Positions 40,321-54,800 of a DNA stretch of 64,000 nt are shown piece by piece. The stretch is from Octopus sinensis (lineage: Eukaryota), in the NCBI RefSeq assembly GCF_006345805.1, contig NC_042998.1:79298001-79362000 (forward strand). The letters run 5' to 3'. Each line of letters starts with the position of its first letter. Position 1 is the first letter of the stretch. The position numbers and the translations under genes were made by a program. The notes under the pieces are model-generated. The model ran no database searches and had not been told where the DNA came from. It worked only from the letters and a program-made list of their open reading frames with translations.

Positions 40321-40649
40321 TTCGGCTTCTATGTGTTCATCATTGATAATTCTTAATTGCACATGCAAGCTAACCATAAAATGAAGCCCCTTAAAAAACT
40401 GTCACCCCAGATATTGGCAGGGAGATGATTAGAATGTCGCAGGATAGGATCACAAGACTTACCCTCGACATCAAAACTGCTGGCACCTCGTTCCAAAATT
40501 TGAAACCAATGTTATCTATATAATTATTGTTGTTTGATTTAGCTTTACCATAATGTATATTATTGCCATTTTTTCTATAAACTTTCACAATAAAGAAGCA
40601 TAACACAAAGGAGTAGATTTATACTATCCCAATTACACAACCTATGAAC

Positions 40650-41290
40650 AAGTCTAAATATTCGGGGCTGTACTCACGAGTGATGGGAAGCAGGAGGCTG
40701 AATTGGATGCTAAAATTTCAGGTGCTGTCACAGTAATGCGCCAACTCCAGTATTCAATCCTCAGAAGAGAAATGGTTGGAAAAAAAAAAGAGCCAAACTT
40801 GCTATTTGTAATTCGATTTTCGTGCCTATCCTCACCTATGGCTATAAATGTTAGGTAATGACCGAAAGAGTACGAGCGTAAATACAAGAGGCTGAAATGA
40901 GTTCTCCGAAGGATCTTTGGAGTGACTTGTTTGACAGGGTGCGTAGCTCGGAGATCATGGAATGTCTCCAGGTCGAATCGCTACTTCTTCGCATTGAGAG
41001 ATCAAACCTTCAGTACTACGAATATGTGATTAGAATGTCGCAAGAAAGAAACACAAGACGGATTCGTCAAGCTGAGCCAACCGGCAGAAGACTTTGGGGT
41101 AGATCCAAAATGAGATGATTGAATAATATCCAGTCTCAGTTGATCCCACTTGAGAATCGAGCTGGAAAGTCTAATGACATTTACTTCAGACAGGACCTTA
41201 TGGAGAAAATACCTGATTACTCTACCCCCATGACTCTCCCAGGAATAGTATGGAGAAGATGGATGGATTGATGGATGGATGGATGGATGG
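40650..41290 (+). mobile_element. 3' fragment of an RTE-clade (Expander/Rex3-like) LINE with an (ATGG)n tail
   Basis: AVLTSDGKQEAELD, PILTYG, DRVRSSEIMECLQVESLLLRIERS..RM..GRRLWGR, followed by GGAT repeats. Confidence 0.8.
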
Positions 41291-42348
41291 ATATCCTCTG
41301 TGGGTTGAGGAGACAATTCTTCAGGTGCACACACGAGTGACGACTATTAAAGTGATCATAAAATTATTTCCCCCGGGATGCCGAGTGGTGAGATCGAACG
41401 CAGAACCGCGTAATCACAAAGTAGATTTCGTAATTACACAGCTCGACCGGCCCACTCTACATTAGTTGTTGCCTCTTTTTCGATGTTTTTGTATAGGGTA
41501 GGGGATTTTTGTCGTCCGCGCATTTTGAGATGCAATGGTTGAAGCAAGCTGGACGTACATTCATCTATGCTGAAAATACAGACATACCTTTATAAGATAT
41601 TGATCCTCGACACTTATAATGCAAACAGTATAATAGAAAATGCAATATTAAACACATAGGCAACAACGGTTGCAACTGGCTCAGGCTGAAAATGGTATAT
41701 ACTTCTGTGTCTTCAAAGAAAGAATGAGAGAACAGAACTGAACTGAAAGAAAAGAGAGGAAAAGAAAAAAAGAAAGAATGAAAGACAGAAAAGTTAGACG
41801 TTTAAGGGTGGGAGGTAGGTGAACCAAGACAAAGCAAAAACAATTTTTTTTCTTTTTTTTTCATAATGAAATGGATTTTTACAAAAACCAAACAATGAAA
41901 GAATGAATGGAAAAAAAATAATATAGAGACAAGGAAAAAAATGTGAACGAAAGTAAAGAAGTGTAAAGTGTAGAGATTGTCGAAGTGAAATGATCACTGA
42001 AATGAACCAAGTTGACCTCTAGCTTTTTTTATTGAAGACGTGCTCGAACAGAAAATCTTGAACCGCAAGGTTTAGACTGGGTATCAAACAGTATCTTACA
42101 AGTAGATGCTTTTGTGATATTTTATTTATATTCTTCCCGCCTCTCTCTTTATCTTCCCCTCCCTCCCTCCCTTTCTTTCTCTCTTTCTCTGTCTTTCTCT
42201 CTCCTCTCGACAAAACAATCTTGCGGTGTACAGAAAATCAATCGATTTCCATAGGGTTGAGTACATGATTGTACATGATTGTAAACACCAGTGAATATGC
42301 AACTCGTGTGTTTCTTTTCAACCCTCTACACACACACACACACACGCA

Positions 42349-42439
<91 letters not shown>

Positions 42440-42580
42440 ATACATATATATAATATATATATATACATACATATATATATGTATATATGATTTTACCCAT
42501 GGGCTCTTAAGGAGCGTCCTCGTTCGAATTGCTTTGCTGCGCCTCTGTTTTGTTTTGTTCTGACAACGTAATTCCTGGTT

Positions 42581-42662
42581 TTTCCTGAAGAGAAAGCTGC
42601 AATATGGTATCCTTATTTAATCAGATTTTGGAAAATTGTGGCCTTTGAAACATGTGTAGAAT
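42581..42662 (+). ncRNA. Type I minimal hammerhead ribozyme
   Basis: UUC-CUGAAGA-G[AAAGCUGCAAU..AUUGUGGCCUUU]-GAAAC-AUGU-GUA-GAA, then AATAAA; lies between two (TA)n tracts. Confidence 0.7.
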
Positions 42663-42733
42663 GTAATAAAAGGAATTCTGTACAATCTTCGTTCAACTCC
42701 ATTTCTTCCATTCATTAATTATATTATACATAC

Positions 42734-42766
<33 letters not shown>

Positions 42767-42784
42767 CATATATATACATATACA

Positions 42785-42861
<77 letters not shown>

Positions 42862-43086
42862 ATATATATATTTATATAATATATATATATATATATAATA
42901 TATATATATATTAAGGTATGTAGAAAAATACAACATGGACAAGAACGTATAACTCTTAGAAGACGATACAATAAACATGGACAGGACATTCGAACCCCTC
43001 AGTCTTCAGTCAAGAACCGGATCATCGTAGTAATTTCGGCTGAATACATATACACACACACACACACACACACCACACACACACAC

Positions 43087-43193
<107 letters not shown>

Positions 43194-43215
43194 GGGCTAT
43201 ATATATATATATATG

Positions 43216-43401
43216 GGCTCAGGCATGGCTGCGTGCTAAGGAGCTTGTTTCCCAACCACATGGTTCCGGGTTCAGTCCCACTGCGTGGTACCTTGGGCAA
43301 GTGCCTTCTTCTATACCCTCGGGCCGACCAAAGCCTTGTGATTGGATTTGGTAGATGAAAACTGAAAGTAGCCCGTCATATATATATATAGATAGGTAGA
43401 C

Positions 43402-43500
<99 letters not shown>

Positions 43501-43750
43501 TATTTATACATGCATTTGTGTCTGTGTTTGTGTTTGCGTTTGTGCCCTCACCATCGCTTGACAACCGATGTTGGTGTGTTTACGTCCACGTAACTTAGTG
43601 GTTCGGCAAAAGAGACCTATAGAATAAGTACTAGGCTAACAAAGAATAAGTCCTGGGGTCGATTTGTTCGACTAAAGGCGGTGCTCCAGCATGGCCGCAG
43701 TCAAAATGACTGAAACAAGTAAAAGAAAACAAGAATAAAAGAATAAAAGA
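43216..43750 (+). mobile_element. SINE family A, full length, with an expanded internal (GATA)n
   Basis: Collinear with 3299-3718. Confidence 0.92.
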
Positions 43751-43767
43751 ATATATATATATATATA

Positions 43768-44060
43768 TCTTTTCTTTTATCGGTTGTCTCAGTCATTAAA
43801 TTGCTACCATGCTGGGGCACTGCCTTGAAGAATTTTAGTCGTACGAATCGGCACCCTTACGTATTTTAGCGCTGTTCCCGAAGCACTAAATTATGGTGAC
43901 CTGAACACACCAACACCGGTCGTCAAGCGGCGGTCGGGGACAAACACAGACACAAACACACACACACACACAGTTGCCCAAGGTGCTACGCAGCGGGGCT
44001 GAACCCGGACGGAACCATGTGGTTGGAAAGTAAAATTCCTTACCACGCCGCCACACCTGC
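43768..44060 (-). mobile_element. SINE family A, internally deleted, tail-to-tail with the preceding copy
   Basis: CAGTCATT..CCATGCTGGGGCAC..TTGCCCAAGGTGC..AACCATGTGGTTGG. Confidence 0.75.
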
Positions 44061-44065
44061 TCCTC

Positions 44066-44108
<43 letters not shown>

Positions 44109-46429
44109 AGGGTAGTGTAAACGGACAACACAAAATGCGTTATTTGCTTAAATCCATCCAAGGTTTGATTCGTCTCACTTAACCTTAGGGATCGGCATTG
44201 TAGGTTCCAGACCTAAATTCTATATTAGTTCAAGGGTTTGTGTGTGTTCGAAATAAACTAAATACTAAGGTAAGGAATTCTGACAAGATGCTCTGGAGAC
44301 TGCTTTGGAAACGGCTGATTCTGTGTTTCTGAGTTCATATCCTGCTAGAGTCAATGCTCTGTGCTATCCTCAGCTTTGCATTGATGTAATAAGTATCAGT
44401 CAGATCCTGAAGTTGAGTATATTACCCACACATCTCCTTTTCGAATAAAATTTAGTTTTGTGTCTATTCGAAAGTTGTTTTTAAAAGGTTCTATATTCTT
44501 AGGAAATGGGTTATTGAGAAGACTTACATTGAAGCCTTTCTTAAGGTAAACTTGGTTAAGCGAGATGCGAACTCAATTTCAAAAGGTGAATCGTTTCAAT
44601 ATCCGGTGTTTCACTTGCAGAAATATTTATTTATATTCTAAAATGAAGTGGAGAGAAATGAGAATATTAGACGAGTGTTCCTTCTCAAATATATTAATCT
44701 CTAGTGGCTACAATTGTAAATCAACAAAAGATGGAGCCACAGCTCTCGTTTGACCGAGCTCAACAGACTACACTTCATATTCATTTGCAATGCGGTGTTT
44801 AACGGACATATTTTGTCAAAGAAAATTAAGATATGCATAAAATGTAATTGATTCAATTAGAAATGGAAATGAACTAGGTCCCGGCTTTTGAAGATCTCGC
44901 TATTTTCTCTGAGACTCATTTTAATCGATATATTATGAATTGATTTTTGGACTCCAAAGTCACAATTTTACAGAAAAGATAAGATCGTGTGACGTTTGTC
45001 TTTGTCTTTCGCAAAGAACACTCAGCAACATGTCTTACTGCTGATATATAGTAGTCATACAGATTGTAAGCCTGTGCCTTGATACACTTTTTTTTTAATG
45101 TTGATTATGTAGAAACCTCCAGATGTCGTGTGTTCATCAGTACTTCTATACAGGGTTACTGTTGTATATACGTGACGTTTGCTGATAAAAGTACCACCAA
45201 ATAGGGTACTACCTTCCTTAAACGTAAGATATCTTCGACTACACCACTATATGAAAGTGTGTGTGTGTGTGTGTGTTCTAGATCAGTGATTTCCTGAGAA
45301 GTAGCATCTCCTTGGAAGCGTTGTGAACTCACAAAGAGGCGGTAAATGACTGTTAGTGCCAAGGGTGTTTAGCGGGCTTGTGATTTTTCTTTGAAATTAA
45401 ATATTTAAAGCAGGCACAATACCAATATCCTCAACACATTTTCTAAAAGTTTTGGTTGGCATTAAAATATGAACAAGACATTGTTATTGGTGAACAGAAA
45501 CATTATCAATGATAAACCACAGCGCAGAATTTGCTTCTGGTTTTTGTTTTTGATTCTTGGGTTTGTTTATACTCTGTTTTTATTTTTGTCTTTTTTGTTC
45601 ACAAACAGTTACAAACCACTGTTCGAGATGGAAACTACCTTGACGTGTCTACTACTTAAGAATAACCAATCCTCTTCACTCTTTCGATACTATTCTATTT
45701 CGTTCTTTCCCTTATATACAGAGTCTATTTAGATCACATCGGTACGTAACGTTTCTGTCAATACAATGAATGATATTTTATGGTAGTCGTGACGCCATAT
45801 ATATAGACTTACTGATGTCTCAATGTACGACAGTTTTTTATGTGTTTATAAAGATGGTGGTGGTGATGGTGGTGGTGGTGGTGATGGTGGTGGTGGTGGT
45901 GATGGTGGTGGTGGTGGTGACGGGTTCTGTTTATTGAAGCATACATATATAGAAAATTAACAAAGGCGTATGAGTATGTGTGTGAGTATGTGCTTTTAAC
46001 GTATGTGAATGTGTGTTTGTATGTGTGTGTGAAAATGTGTTTGTGAGAATGTGTGAGAGAAAGAGAGTTAAAAAAAATAAGCATAAAAGAATGGGAGAAG
46101 TTAATGGGTCTAAAACTGGGGAAAAGGGTGTTGTAATGATGGTAGGCGGGATGGACAAATACGTAAAGAATTAGTTACAAACAGTGAGTTGACAATTTGA
46201 TATAATCACATCTATTAAACGTCATCACTGAAATGAGTGCAAAAAATGGCTTTAAACGAATACACAAACGAAATATGTTTCAGTATGTTCGCAGGCATGG
46301 CCTTATGAAGTTTGCTTCACAACCATATTTTCCCGTGTTCGATCACACTGTGTGGCATCGAAACTATGTATTCTTTTACATCAACCTCTATTCAATGCCA
46401 GAGCTGTACATGGATGCCCGCAAGAGGGA

Positions 46430-47790
46430 CTGAACCTATTGTTCAAACAGCCAGCATTATGTCACACTGATTCTGCAAAAAACTTTTGCAATCACAAACT
46501 CAAGCATGATAGCAACATCCTACACATTTCCAACAACAACAACAGAAAACCTTGGGATACTCCAATTCTCTAGAAGGAAGTCGAAGAACCAGTGCGCATG
46601 CTCAATGATAGGAAACCCACAGGAATGGATAACATCCCATCAGAGTTCCTAAAACATGGAGGACCACAGCTTATCAAGGCACAAACAGTTACCTGTCAGA
46701 AGATATGGGAGACGAAGTAGTGGCCAAAGGAATGGACCCAATCACTGATGATACCCATTCCCAAGAAAGGCAACTGAAGTCTCTACCAGAATTATAGAGC
46801 AACAGCCTAACTAGCAACCCCAGCAAAGTATTGCTAAATGTTATACTAAGCAGACTTAAGGGGAAGTCAAAAGAAATCTTTGTAGAAGAGCAGACGGGAT
46901 TTAGGCCTGCAAGGAGTACTGTGGAGCAGGTATTTAACATTAGACTGCTCACTACAAAATGTCTTGAACACCAATCTGACTTCAATCAGAACTTCTTCAA
47001 ATTCAAAAAGGCATTTGACCGTGTGTGACACGATGGGTTGTGGCAGGTGATGAAGAATTACAACTTCGAGAACAACATCATGGAAGTAATCCAAGCACGG
47101 TGTGGAAACTCATGCAGTGCATATCTCCAAAACAACATCGAAGAATTCTTCAGGACAACAATGGATGTTCGACGAGGATGTCCCCTCTCTCCAGTTCTTT
47201 TCAACGTCTTCCTGGAGAAATCCTACACTCTTCTCTTTCCATTGGGGCGCTGCCCATTTCCAACTTCTACTTTGCTGATGATATTGACATGTTAAGAAGT
47301 AGCGAAACAGAACTACAGGAGCTCAGCACCAAACTGAAAAAGTTTCAGGAACATACATGATGGAGATCAGCTCAGAAAAAGAGCAAGATCCTGATTAATA
47401 GTAACAAGCAAAACACAGCAACCAACATCATGCTAAATGGAGAGAGACTTGATGAAGCAGACACCTTCAAGTACCTAGGATCCACTTTGAACAAAGACGG
47501 CAGATCTCAAAAGAAGATATCAGCAAGATTCAGTTTAGCCTCTGCTGCCATGACGAAGCTTAACAACGTATGGGAAATGAATTCCATTAGTTTTCAACAA
47601 GATTCAGAGTGTAAAAGACCCTGGTGACTTCGATCTTTCTATATGGATATGAGAGCTGGACTCTTATAGCTGATATGGAGCAAAGAATCCAGGCATTTGT
47701 GTACAAGTACTTCAGAAGGCTGCTATACATCCTACAGCAGGATGCACAAAACGGACAGCTTTGTCAGACAGCAAAGTCAAGACATACGCT
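46430..47790 (+). mobile_element. RTE-clade LINE reverse transcriptase, frameshifted
   Basis: GMDNIPSEFLKHGG, WPKEWTQS..PIPKKG, EEQTGFRPARST, FKKAFDRV, GCPLSPVLFNVFLE, FADD, FKYLGS, YGYESWT. Confidence 0.92.
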
Positions 47791-47964
47791 TACAGACAGG
47801 AAAGATGCTATAGCTTCGTCTGCAGGAAAGATGTTATAGTTTCGTCTGCGGATTATGATGATAAATACCTATGCGTGTATGTGTGTAATGTGTACTCGCA
47901 TGTGTGTATGTGTGTGTGTGAGTGTGTGCTCGCGTACGTGTGTGTGTTTGTGTCTGTCTGTATA

Positions 47965-48215
47965 ACGAAAAAGGATCAATGGTCCTACTCGGGCCTTAGG
48001 CTCATAAGGGTGGTTTCCCAGATTCTGTGGCGTATATATTCCCGCCATTGGACGAAACGCTGGTCCCTCGCTGAATTACTCATTTTTGTCAGCTGAATGG
48101 ACTGGAACAGCGTAAGATGAAATGCTTTGCTCAACAATATAATGCGTTGCCTGGTCTGGGAATCGAAACCACAACCTTACAAGCATGAATGCGATACTTT
48201 AGCAACATACTTCCA
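47965..48215 (-). mobile_element. SINE family C
   Basis: TGGACTGGAACAGCGTAAGATGAAATGCTTTGCTCAA..GGTCTGGGAATCGAAACC is shared with the 56545-56767 copy and partly with the 29585 copy. Confidence 0.75.
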
Positions 48216-48233
48216 CACATGTATATACATATA

Positions 48234-48292
<59 letters not shown>

Positions 48293-48337
48293 ATATACCC
48301 GCACATACACACACAGGAATAATATGTAGCCACTTGT

Positions 48338-48492
48338 CAATCGTTGGCGATTTTATTCCTCTGTCTTCCTTTTCATTGGACTTTCCTCTGTTTCTCACCA
48401 AGAGCGTTGCTCGAAACGTTAAACCATCATTCTTTCCTTCTCTGACCGTCTGCTAATACTTTACATCTACCACGTCCTCGCGTTGTGTTTTT
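48338..48492 (+). mobile_element. Diverged family D element (degenerate hammerhead)
   Basis: TCGTTGGCGATTTT..AAGAGCGTTGCTCGAAACGTTAAACC..CCACGTCCTCGCGTTGT. Confidence 0.75.
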
Positions 48493-48543
<51 letters not shown>

Positions 48544-48600
48544 CGTTCTTTTTCTGGGTTTACTATATATATATATATTATATATATATATATATTATAT

Positions 48601-48654
<54 letters not shown>

Positions 48655-48805
48655 AAATTGCGTGCTCGTTTCTCTTTTTGCCATCTGTGCTTTTACTTTT
48701 GATCTACCATATAAATGAAGATATTTCAACAGTCTGGCTGCTTTTCTTTCTACAAAACGGGAAATTACATTGCAGAATTGTTATGTTAACGAGTTGTATT
48801 TATTT

Positions 48806-48911
48806 ATCAACCGACAGAATACATCTGCACTGCCGGATGCTCCTGAACCAGTTGTTGAGTGTCTCACCTATAAGGGATCGATTCTAGATGTGTCGAAACA
48901 ATTGTCGTGAT
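48806..48911 (+). ncRNA. Degenerate hammerhead motif with long stem II
   Basis: AUCA..CCGACAGA-AUACAUCU...AGAUGUGU-C-GAAAC-AAUU-GUC-GUGAU. Confidence 0.45.
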
Positions 48912-49373
48912 TAATAATAAATTCTCGTATATTCCATCTTCCGTCTTTCATAACAATCACTGTGAAAGGGGACCGTACTTTACCAGTAAGCTACCGGGTG
49001 TAAACCATTCGTTTTATTACCCATTATATATATACATATACACAAAAAAGCAAAGAGAGAGAGAGATAAACAGGCAGACAGACAGAGAGACACGGGTTGT
49101 TAATGAAAGGCGACGTAATGTGATGTTATGCAGCATGCATCAAATTCCAAGTTTGTCATTTCTCTTTCAGACATGGACGATTCCAGTCTGACACAAGAAA
49201 TGAAATGGACCGCCTTGCATGTGGTTCTAGTCGCGCCAACTACACACACCGGGTGGATGGCCAGTTTCTGGAACGTAGACTTTTGATGTTCAGACTCGAA
49301 AAAGAAGTGGAAACTTCTGGTGGGGATATGTATCTGTGACCAGGACAAACATTCTCAAAGGTCATAGATTGCA

Positions 49374-49436
<63 letters not shown>

Positions 49437-50384
49437 CGTGTGCGTGTGCGTGAGTGTGTGCATAAGGAAAAGTGATAAAATAAATAATAATATCATAAGA
49501 TAAAAGCAATATTATAATCTTAAAATCATGTAATAAGGGAAGAACTCGAGAAACGCAATTGAAACAACATTAAATTATAATCGGCGTGTATGCATAGAGC
49601 GATTTCTAAGTAAGAGAAGGTTTAAATAATGCTAAGATTGTAAATATTAGTAAAAACAGAGGATATCATAAGTAGAGCTAATATGGCGAGTGCGTAGAGA
49701 CTCGATGCTGTGAGATTGTGTTGAGCAGATCAATGAGAGTGGTGATTCAAGGTTAGTTTACATAGTCTTAAGATGAAATCAAATACATACTGTTTAAATA
49801 AAAGGAAAAGCATTATGATAAAGTGATAAAATAAGTAGATTAGTTCGTTTGCCATCACAGTTGCATTTGCAACTGGTAAGCTGCATGTCACCTCTGTCCA
49901 AGCCCATTAATCCATAACCTTTGTGTGTTTATATATGGACGTGTTTGTGCGCATAAGTATGAGAAGCTGTTTATAAATGCATGCTTATACACAAGATGTA
50001 ATATTTTTAAAAATGAATATTTATGTGAAAAGTGTGTGGATCCTTATACAATTCAAACGATGGCGATTAATTTGCTGTATGTAGTTTTAGTTGATGTATC
50101 ACCCTACCTACACCTTATAAATACCAGTTCCTCATTCTTTGCTTTCATTACCCTTACTAATATCTTACTTAGAAGTTTTGCAAGGAATATATGAACCCTT
50201 AGAATTCAGTCCTTGTCAGTGGCTTTGTTACAAGCACCAAACTGTAGGAGATGAAGCTGGACTTCATTTCTCATTGATTTACCATTGATCTGAGTCTTTA
50301 AACGTCATGGGCTTTGTCCCTCGTTCCGGTATTAAATATCAAATGAATTCCAGATTATGAGAGTCATTTCTCAATACGATGGTT

Positions 50385-50423
<39 letters not shown>

Positions 50424-50519
50424 ATTTCTGATCTTGTGTAACCTTGGTCAGTTCTGGTCGAGCATGCATTTAGCTCACAGATGCTTAGAGAAGACGTTAA
50501 GAGAAAGAGACCAAACAAG

Positions 50520-50962
50520 AATCTGAAAACAATCCACCCTCACCATACCGCACACATCGCTGGAAATAAATGAGGCAATCAGCAAAGTGAGAACCCAGTT
50601 GTCCTCCAGCCACCATACAGACCGTATGTGACATCCTCCGACTTCCGACTCTTCGATCCAATGAAAGGCAGTCTTCAGAGACAGATTTGATGACACGGAC
50701 GACGTGAAAGTGGCTTTAAAGAAGTGGGCACAACAATGCATGCTTGAATTTTTACAGAGAGGATTCGAGAGTTAGGTTCAACGGTGGTGCAAATGCATCG
50801 CTTGCGACGGAGACAAAGTCGAGTTATACTTGCATAAGTTGGTAGAGTAACTCTTTCTCTAATAGAGAACGAGTTACTCTGCCAACATATACAATTTGAA
50901 CGACCTAAGTCAGTTAAAACAATTCTGCTCGCTTTAATATTACTTTTGTTAGAACCCTCGTA
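50520..50962 (+). mobile_element. Mariner transposase C-terminal remnant with 3' TIR
   Basis: PHTAH, QPPYRPYVTSSDFRLF (YSPDLAPSD-like), RFDD, QRWCKCIACDGDKVE; ends TTACTTTTGTTAGAACCCTCG-TA. Confidence 0.85.
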
Positions 50963-52170
50963 TAAATACATGCGTGCGTGTGTACGCACATGTATATGAT
51001 TATATACATGTGCATGAGTGTGTATATTTACGTGTGTGTGTGCGCGCGTGCGTGTGTACATATCTGTATGTACATACACGTATACACTCACAGGGGGAGA
51101 GAGAGAGAGAGAGAGCGAAAGAAAGAGGGGACAGAGAGGGACACAGAGAGAGAGAGGGAGAGAGAGAGAGAGAGAAGAATGAGTGGGGAAAAGCCAATAG
51201 GGGACTCAAGATGTGAGGAAGAAAGGAGATGTAAGAATATGTGTTAAAAACATTTTATTTTGTTTTTTGCAGTCCTAACAATGAGAATACATTATCACTC
51301 TGAGCTCCCCCCGCCTTTTTCTATTCTTCTTTCCTTTGTCATGTCTCTTTCGTCATAGCTTTGTTTTTTTTTTATTCCTCTTCTTTGCTAGTTCCTTCCA
51401 TCTTTGTCTATTGCTTTCGCACGCGCACTCGCATAGAGGCATAAACATGCATACGTCCGTGCACGCACAAGCACGTACTTATGCGATTGCACACACATAC
51501 ACAGACATCCCACCACACACACACACACCAAAGATCCAATGATTCTCTAATATATCATATCATGTACGAATACATGAGTTTGATATCAATTGACAAACCT
51601 TTGCCAACAGATTGTTTTCTAGGGGGATTTTTTCACTTCTATTTTTTCTTTTTTTTTTTTGTATTTTCATTTCGTGATTGTGTTTTATGTATTATTTCAT
51701 GGTGACATGACATCGACTGACCTACCCACCGATCCTTGCAGGTGTCACCATACTGACTCACGTGCAGTTCACACATAACTCAGCCTTCGATATTGATATA
51801 AAGAGACGAATCAAGAGAAATACATTGATATTCTTAAAGGCGATATGTGACATAACATAACTCACCATCACCGTTGCTTTTATATCGTTATCATTTAATA
51901 TCAGTGATATTAAGATGTTTCAAAGGGTTTTTTTTTTCTTTTACATTTAAGTGCGTTTTATATTACAGATAAACACCAAATTTAACTGCAGGATCATCTC
52001 CTAGATCGCTAGGGCCTAATTCAATCCCTCTACTTTCTTTTTGTGTACCTTCATTGAGACCGGTTATCCGGTCTGAAGATGACTCCCTCTCTTCCTCCAA
52101 CCAGTTTCAGTGACCATGACAAGGGATAAGGGCGATACCCTTCATCTTCTGATTTAGTGATAAAAACTAC

Positions 52171-52171
<1 letters not shown>

Positions 52172-52203
<32 letters not shown>

Positions 52204-52236
52204 ACTGCTGCTGTTGCTGCTGATGTTGCTGCTGCT

Positions 52237-52276
<40 letters not shown>

Positions 52277-52278
52277 TT
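52172..52278. repeat. (CTG/TTG)n trinucleotide repeat
   Basis: Direct reading. Confidence 0.95.
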
Positions 52279-52747
52279 TAACCCTAGGAGTTTCTTAATC
52301 AAGCTAATCTGTTATCAAAGATATGACCAACCATGAACATCTAATTTATTTTTAAATGTATCAAGAATCACATTATTGAATACATCGTTCTTACTTATGG
52401 CAGTATGGTGTTGCTTGAGGGAGATTTATATATATATATATGTATATACAGAGCGAGAGAGAGAGAGAGAGAGAGAGAGAAGAGAATTTAAGAAGTTTCA
52501 AATGGAAAGAGGATGCTCTTTCACAGAGATGTATTTTATCCAAGCGTACACCGGCTTAGCTCCATATCAATTAAAATACTTGGAATTCAGTAATTTGTGT
52601 TAGTATTATTGTTCACACTTATGAAGTTCCAGTAGTCGTTACAGATATTTTCATCCATTCGTATAGGAGAAAAGAATTGTAATAATATCATATAAGGGAA
52701 ATGGAGCACAAAAAAATCAATTTATTTATAGAATAGTCAATTTCATA

Positions 52748-52840
52748 TCGCCTACGTACGTTTCAATTTCTTACCTTCCTTTATATTTTACAATTCAGAG
52801 TGCATTATGCATTTAAATCGTAAAAATCTCTTCAGAGCAA
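52748..52840 (-). ncRNA. Type I minimal hammerhead ribozyme
   Basis: UUGCU-CUGAAGA-GAUUUUUAC...GUAAGAAAUU-GAAAC-GUAC-GUA-GGCGA. Confidence 0.7.
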
Positions 52841-53870
52841 AAATTGACAAAAATCCATTTCCATTCTAATGGATGGAGAGTTGCTTCTCAATTGAAATAG
52901 CAGCATGCTTTGACAAACGCATGGAAATGGAATTTTTGTCAATTTTTGCCCTGAAGAATTTTTGACCTTTTAAATATGCAGCGGTTATAAAAGTTTAGCA
53001 GCAGCATGACGTCATAGTTGTGTCTGCTGTCTTTTGTTTATAACTGAATTACGCTTTTTCATTGGTCAATTTTACTGTCCATACATCGATTCTAATCTTC
53101 ATGAAAAGTTTCTTTTCTACGGAGAAAGGTTCTTAGAATCGAGTTTACAGCTGTCGTAAAAACCCTGATTTTTGGGGAAATTATTCAGTGACACTCGGTT
53201 GCCACACGGAACCTCGTCACTCATTCTGGCAATGCTATTTTGCATTGTTCATCCTTAATGACCTTATGTCATGCTTTTCTCAACCTTTTTAGAGTAGTTT
53301 TGAGGAACTAGCTAAGAAAATTTTTCCTGTCGTCATTCTCGCAACAGATTCTTTTAAAATGTGTTTTTCTTTATTATAATAAGTACTGCAATTTTTCCTG
53401 TCGCTATTATCTTGTGATAAATTCATTGTATATATTTTTACTTCCTGTAAATAAATGATTGGTGTTAAATCTAATCCTTCTTCTCTTGATGTTATCTGTA
53501 CGAACTCTCATCGTATGATTATAAGGAAGTGTTATGCGTGCTGCATAACATCACATTACTTCGTCTTTATGAAGTTATACTCAAGTCTTCTTCAACACAA
53601 GAAAATACAGTCAATCCAGTATGAAGAAACGAAAGAACATTCTTAAGATGAACATGACTTCTTTAATTCATTTCCACTGATAGTTTCACCTTGCTGTCAA
53701 AAACACACCTTTTTATCATATTTAAACTGTCCTATAACCTGGCTAGTGAAATGTCGGTACCTTCAACATACATGCCGAACGCCACTATGATTGTATATTG
53801 CATCTACCGTTCTGTTTACACTACTAGCTTCTTCTCACAACTAGGTCATTAAGACACAGCGAATTTTACT

Positions 53871-53920
<50 letters not shown>

Positions 53921-54299
53921 ATAATATATATATATTATATATATATATATGCAGTCTAACCTGAAGTTATAAGTGATATTTATATTTACTACAGTAACGT
54001 TAGATTTGTTGACTACTACGACAAATCCACAGTCAGTTTTATCTGATAACTCGACATCTCCATTTCTCTATCGCCACATTGATATGAAATAAAACTTTCA
54101 GGCCAGCAAAACTCAATCATCACGTTGACAGCATGCTTATCAAATACTATTGGATTATCTTGATAATATATTCCTGAGATAGTAATAATTCAATTTCGTC
54201 AAAAATCAATAGATAAAATATATTCCCTTTTTTCTTTCATTTTCTACATCCAAATCCTCAATTCTTCTACGCTACCAACAATGATGATAGTCTGGTTCG

Positions 54300-54800
54300 G
54301 CATATTCGAGACTAGTGACCATTCTACCTTCGATGTTCATTGTACTATTAAAACCATCAAGATATTCCTGCATTATACTTTCTACAAGGATGTTATGCAA
54401 AGAATGAGAATGAGTATTATCTTCGCCGTGTCCGATACCCTGTTTCAAACAACCCTGTGAAACATCTGTTTTGATGGTTATATTTTCTGAAGATAAAATG
54501 ATTTTAATATTTCAATAAAATGCTGAAGAAATCCCAATTCTAGCGTCACTGACCATAACTTATCATGAATAACTTGTCAAAAGCTTGTTGATTGTCAATA
54601 AAAACAATAAATAATTTTTATGACACTCTCTAGTTTTCTGAATATTCGTTTTAAGATTAAGAAAAGCTTACCCTGTCCTTTTTCCAGTTCTAAAACCAAC
54701 TTCGTTATTTTCATTTCGCATTTTGCTTTAATTCTGTCAGCAATGATCTTAAGTACGATTTTACTAGTATGATTTATCAGTGTAGTAAGCTGTACAGTTG
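54300..54800 (-). mobile_element. Very degraded LINE RT remnant
   Basis: Minus strand VGFRTGKRTG, then LFIVFIDNQQAFDK. Confidence 0.45.

Noticed and set aside
42985-43045. Possible type II hammerhead on the minus strand (also 28665-28715)
   Set aside because: GAAA and CUGAAGA occur, but the stems do not close canonically.
45853-45920. Poly-His ORF; also poly-Ser/Gln at 52172-52278
   Set aside because: Isolated trinucleotide repeats with no flanking coding context.
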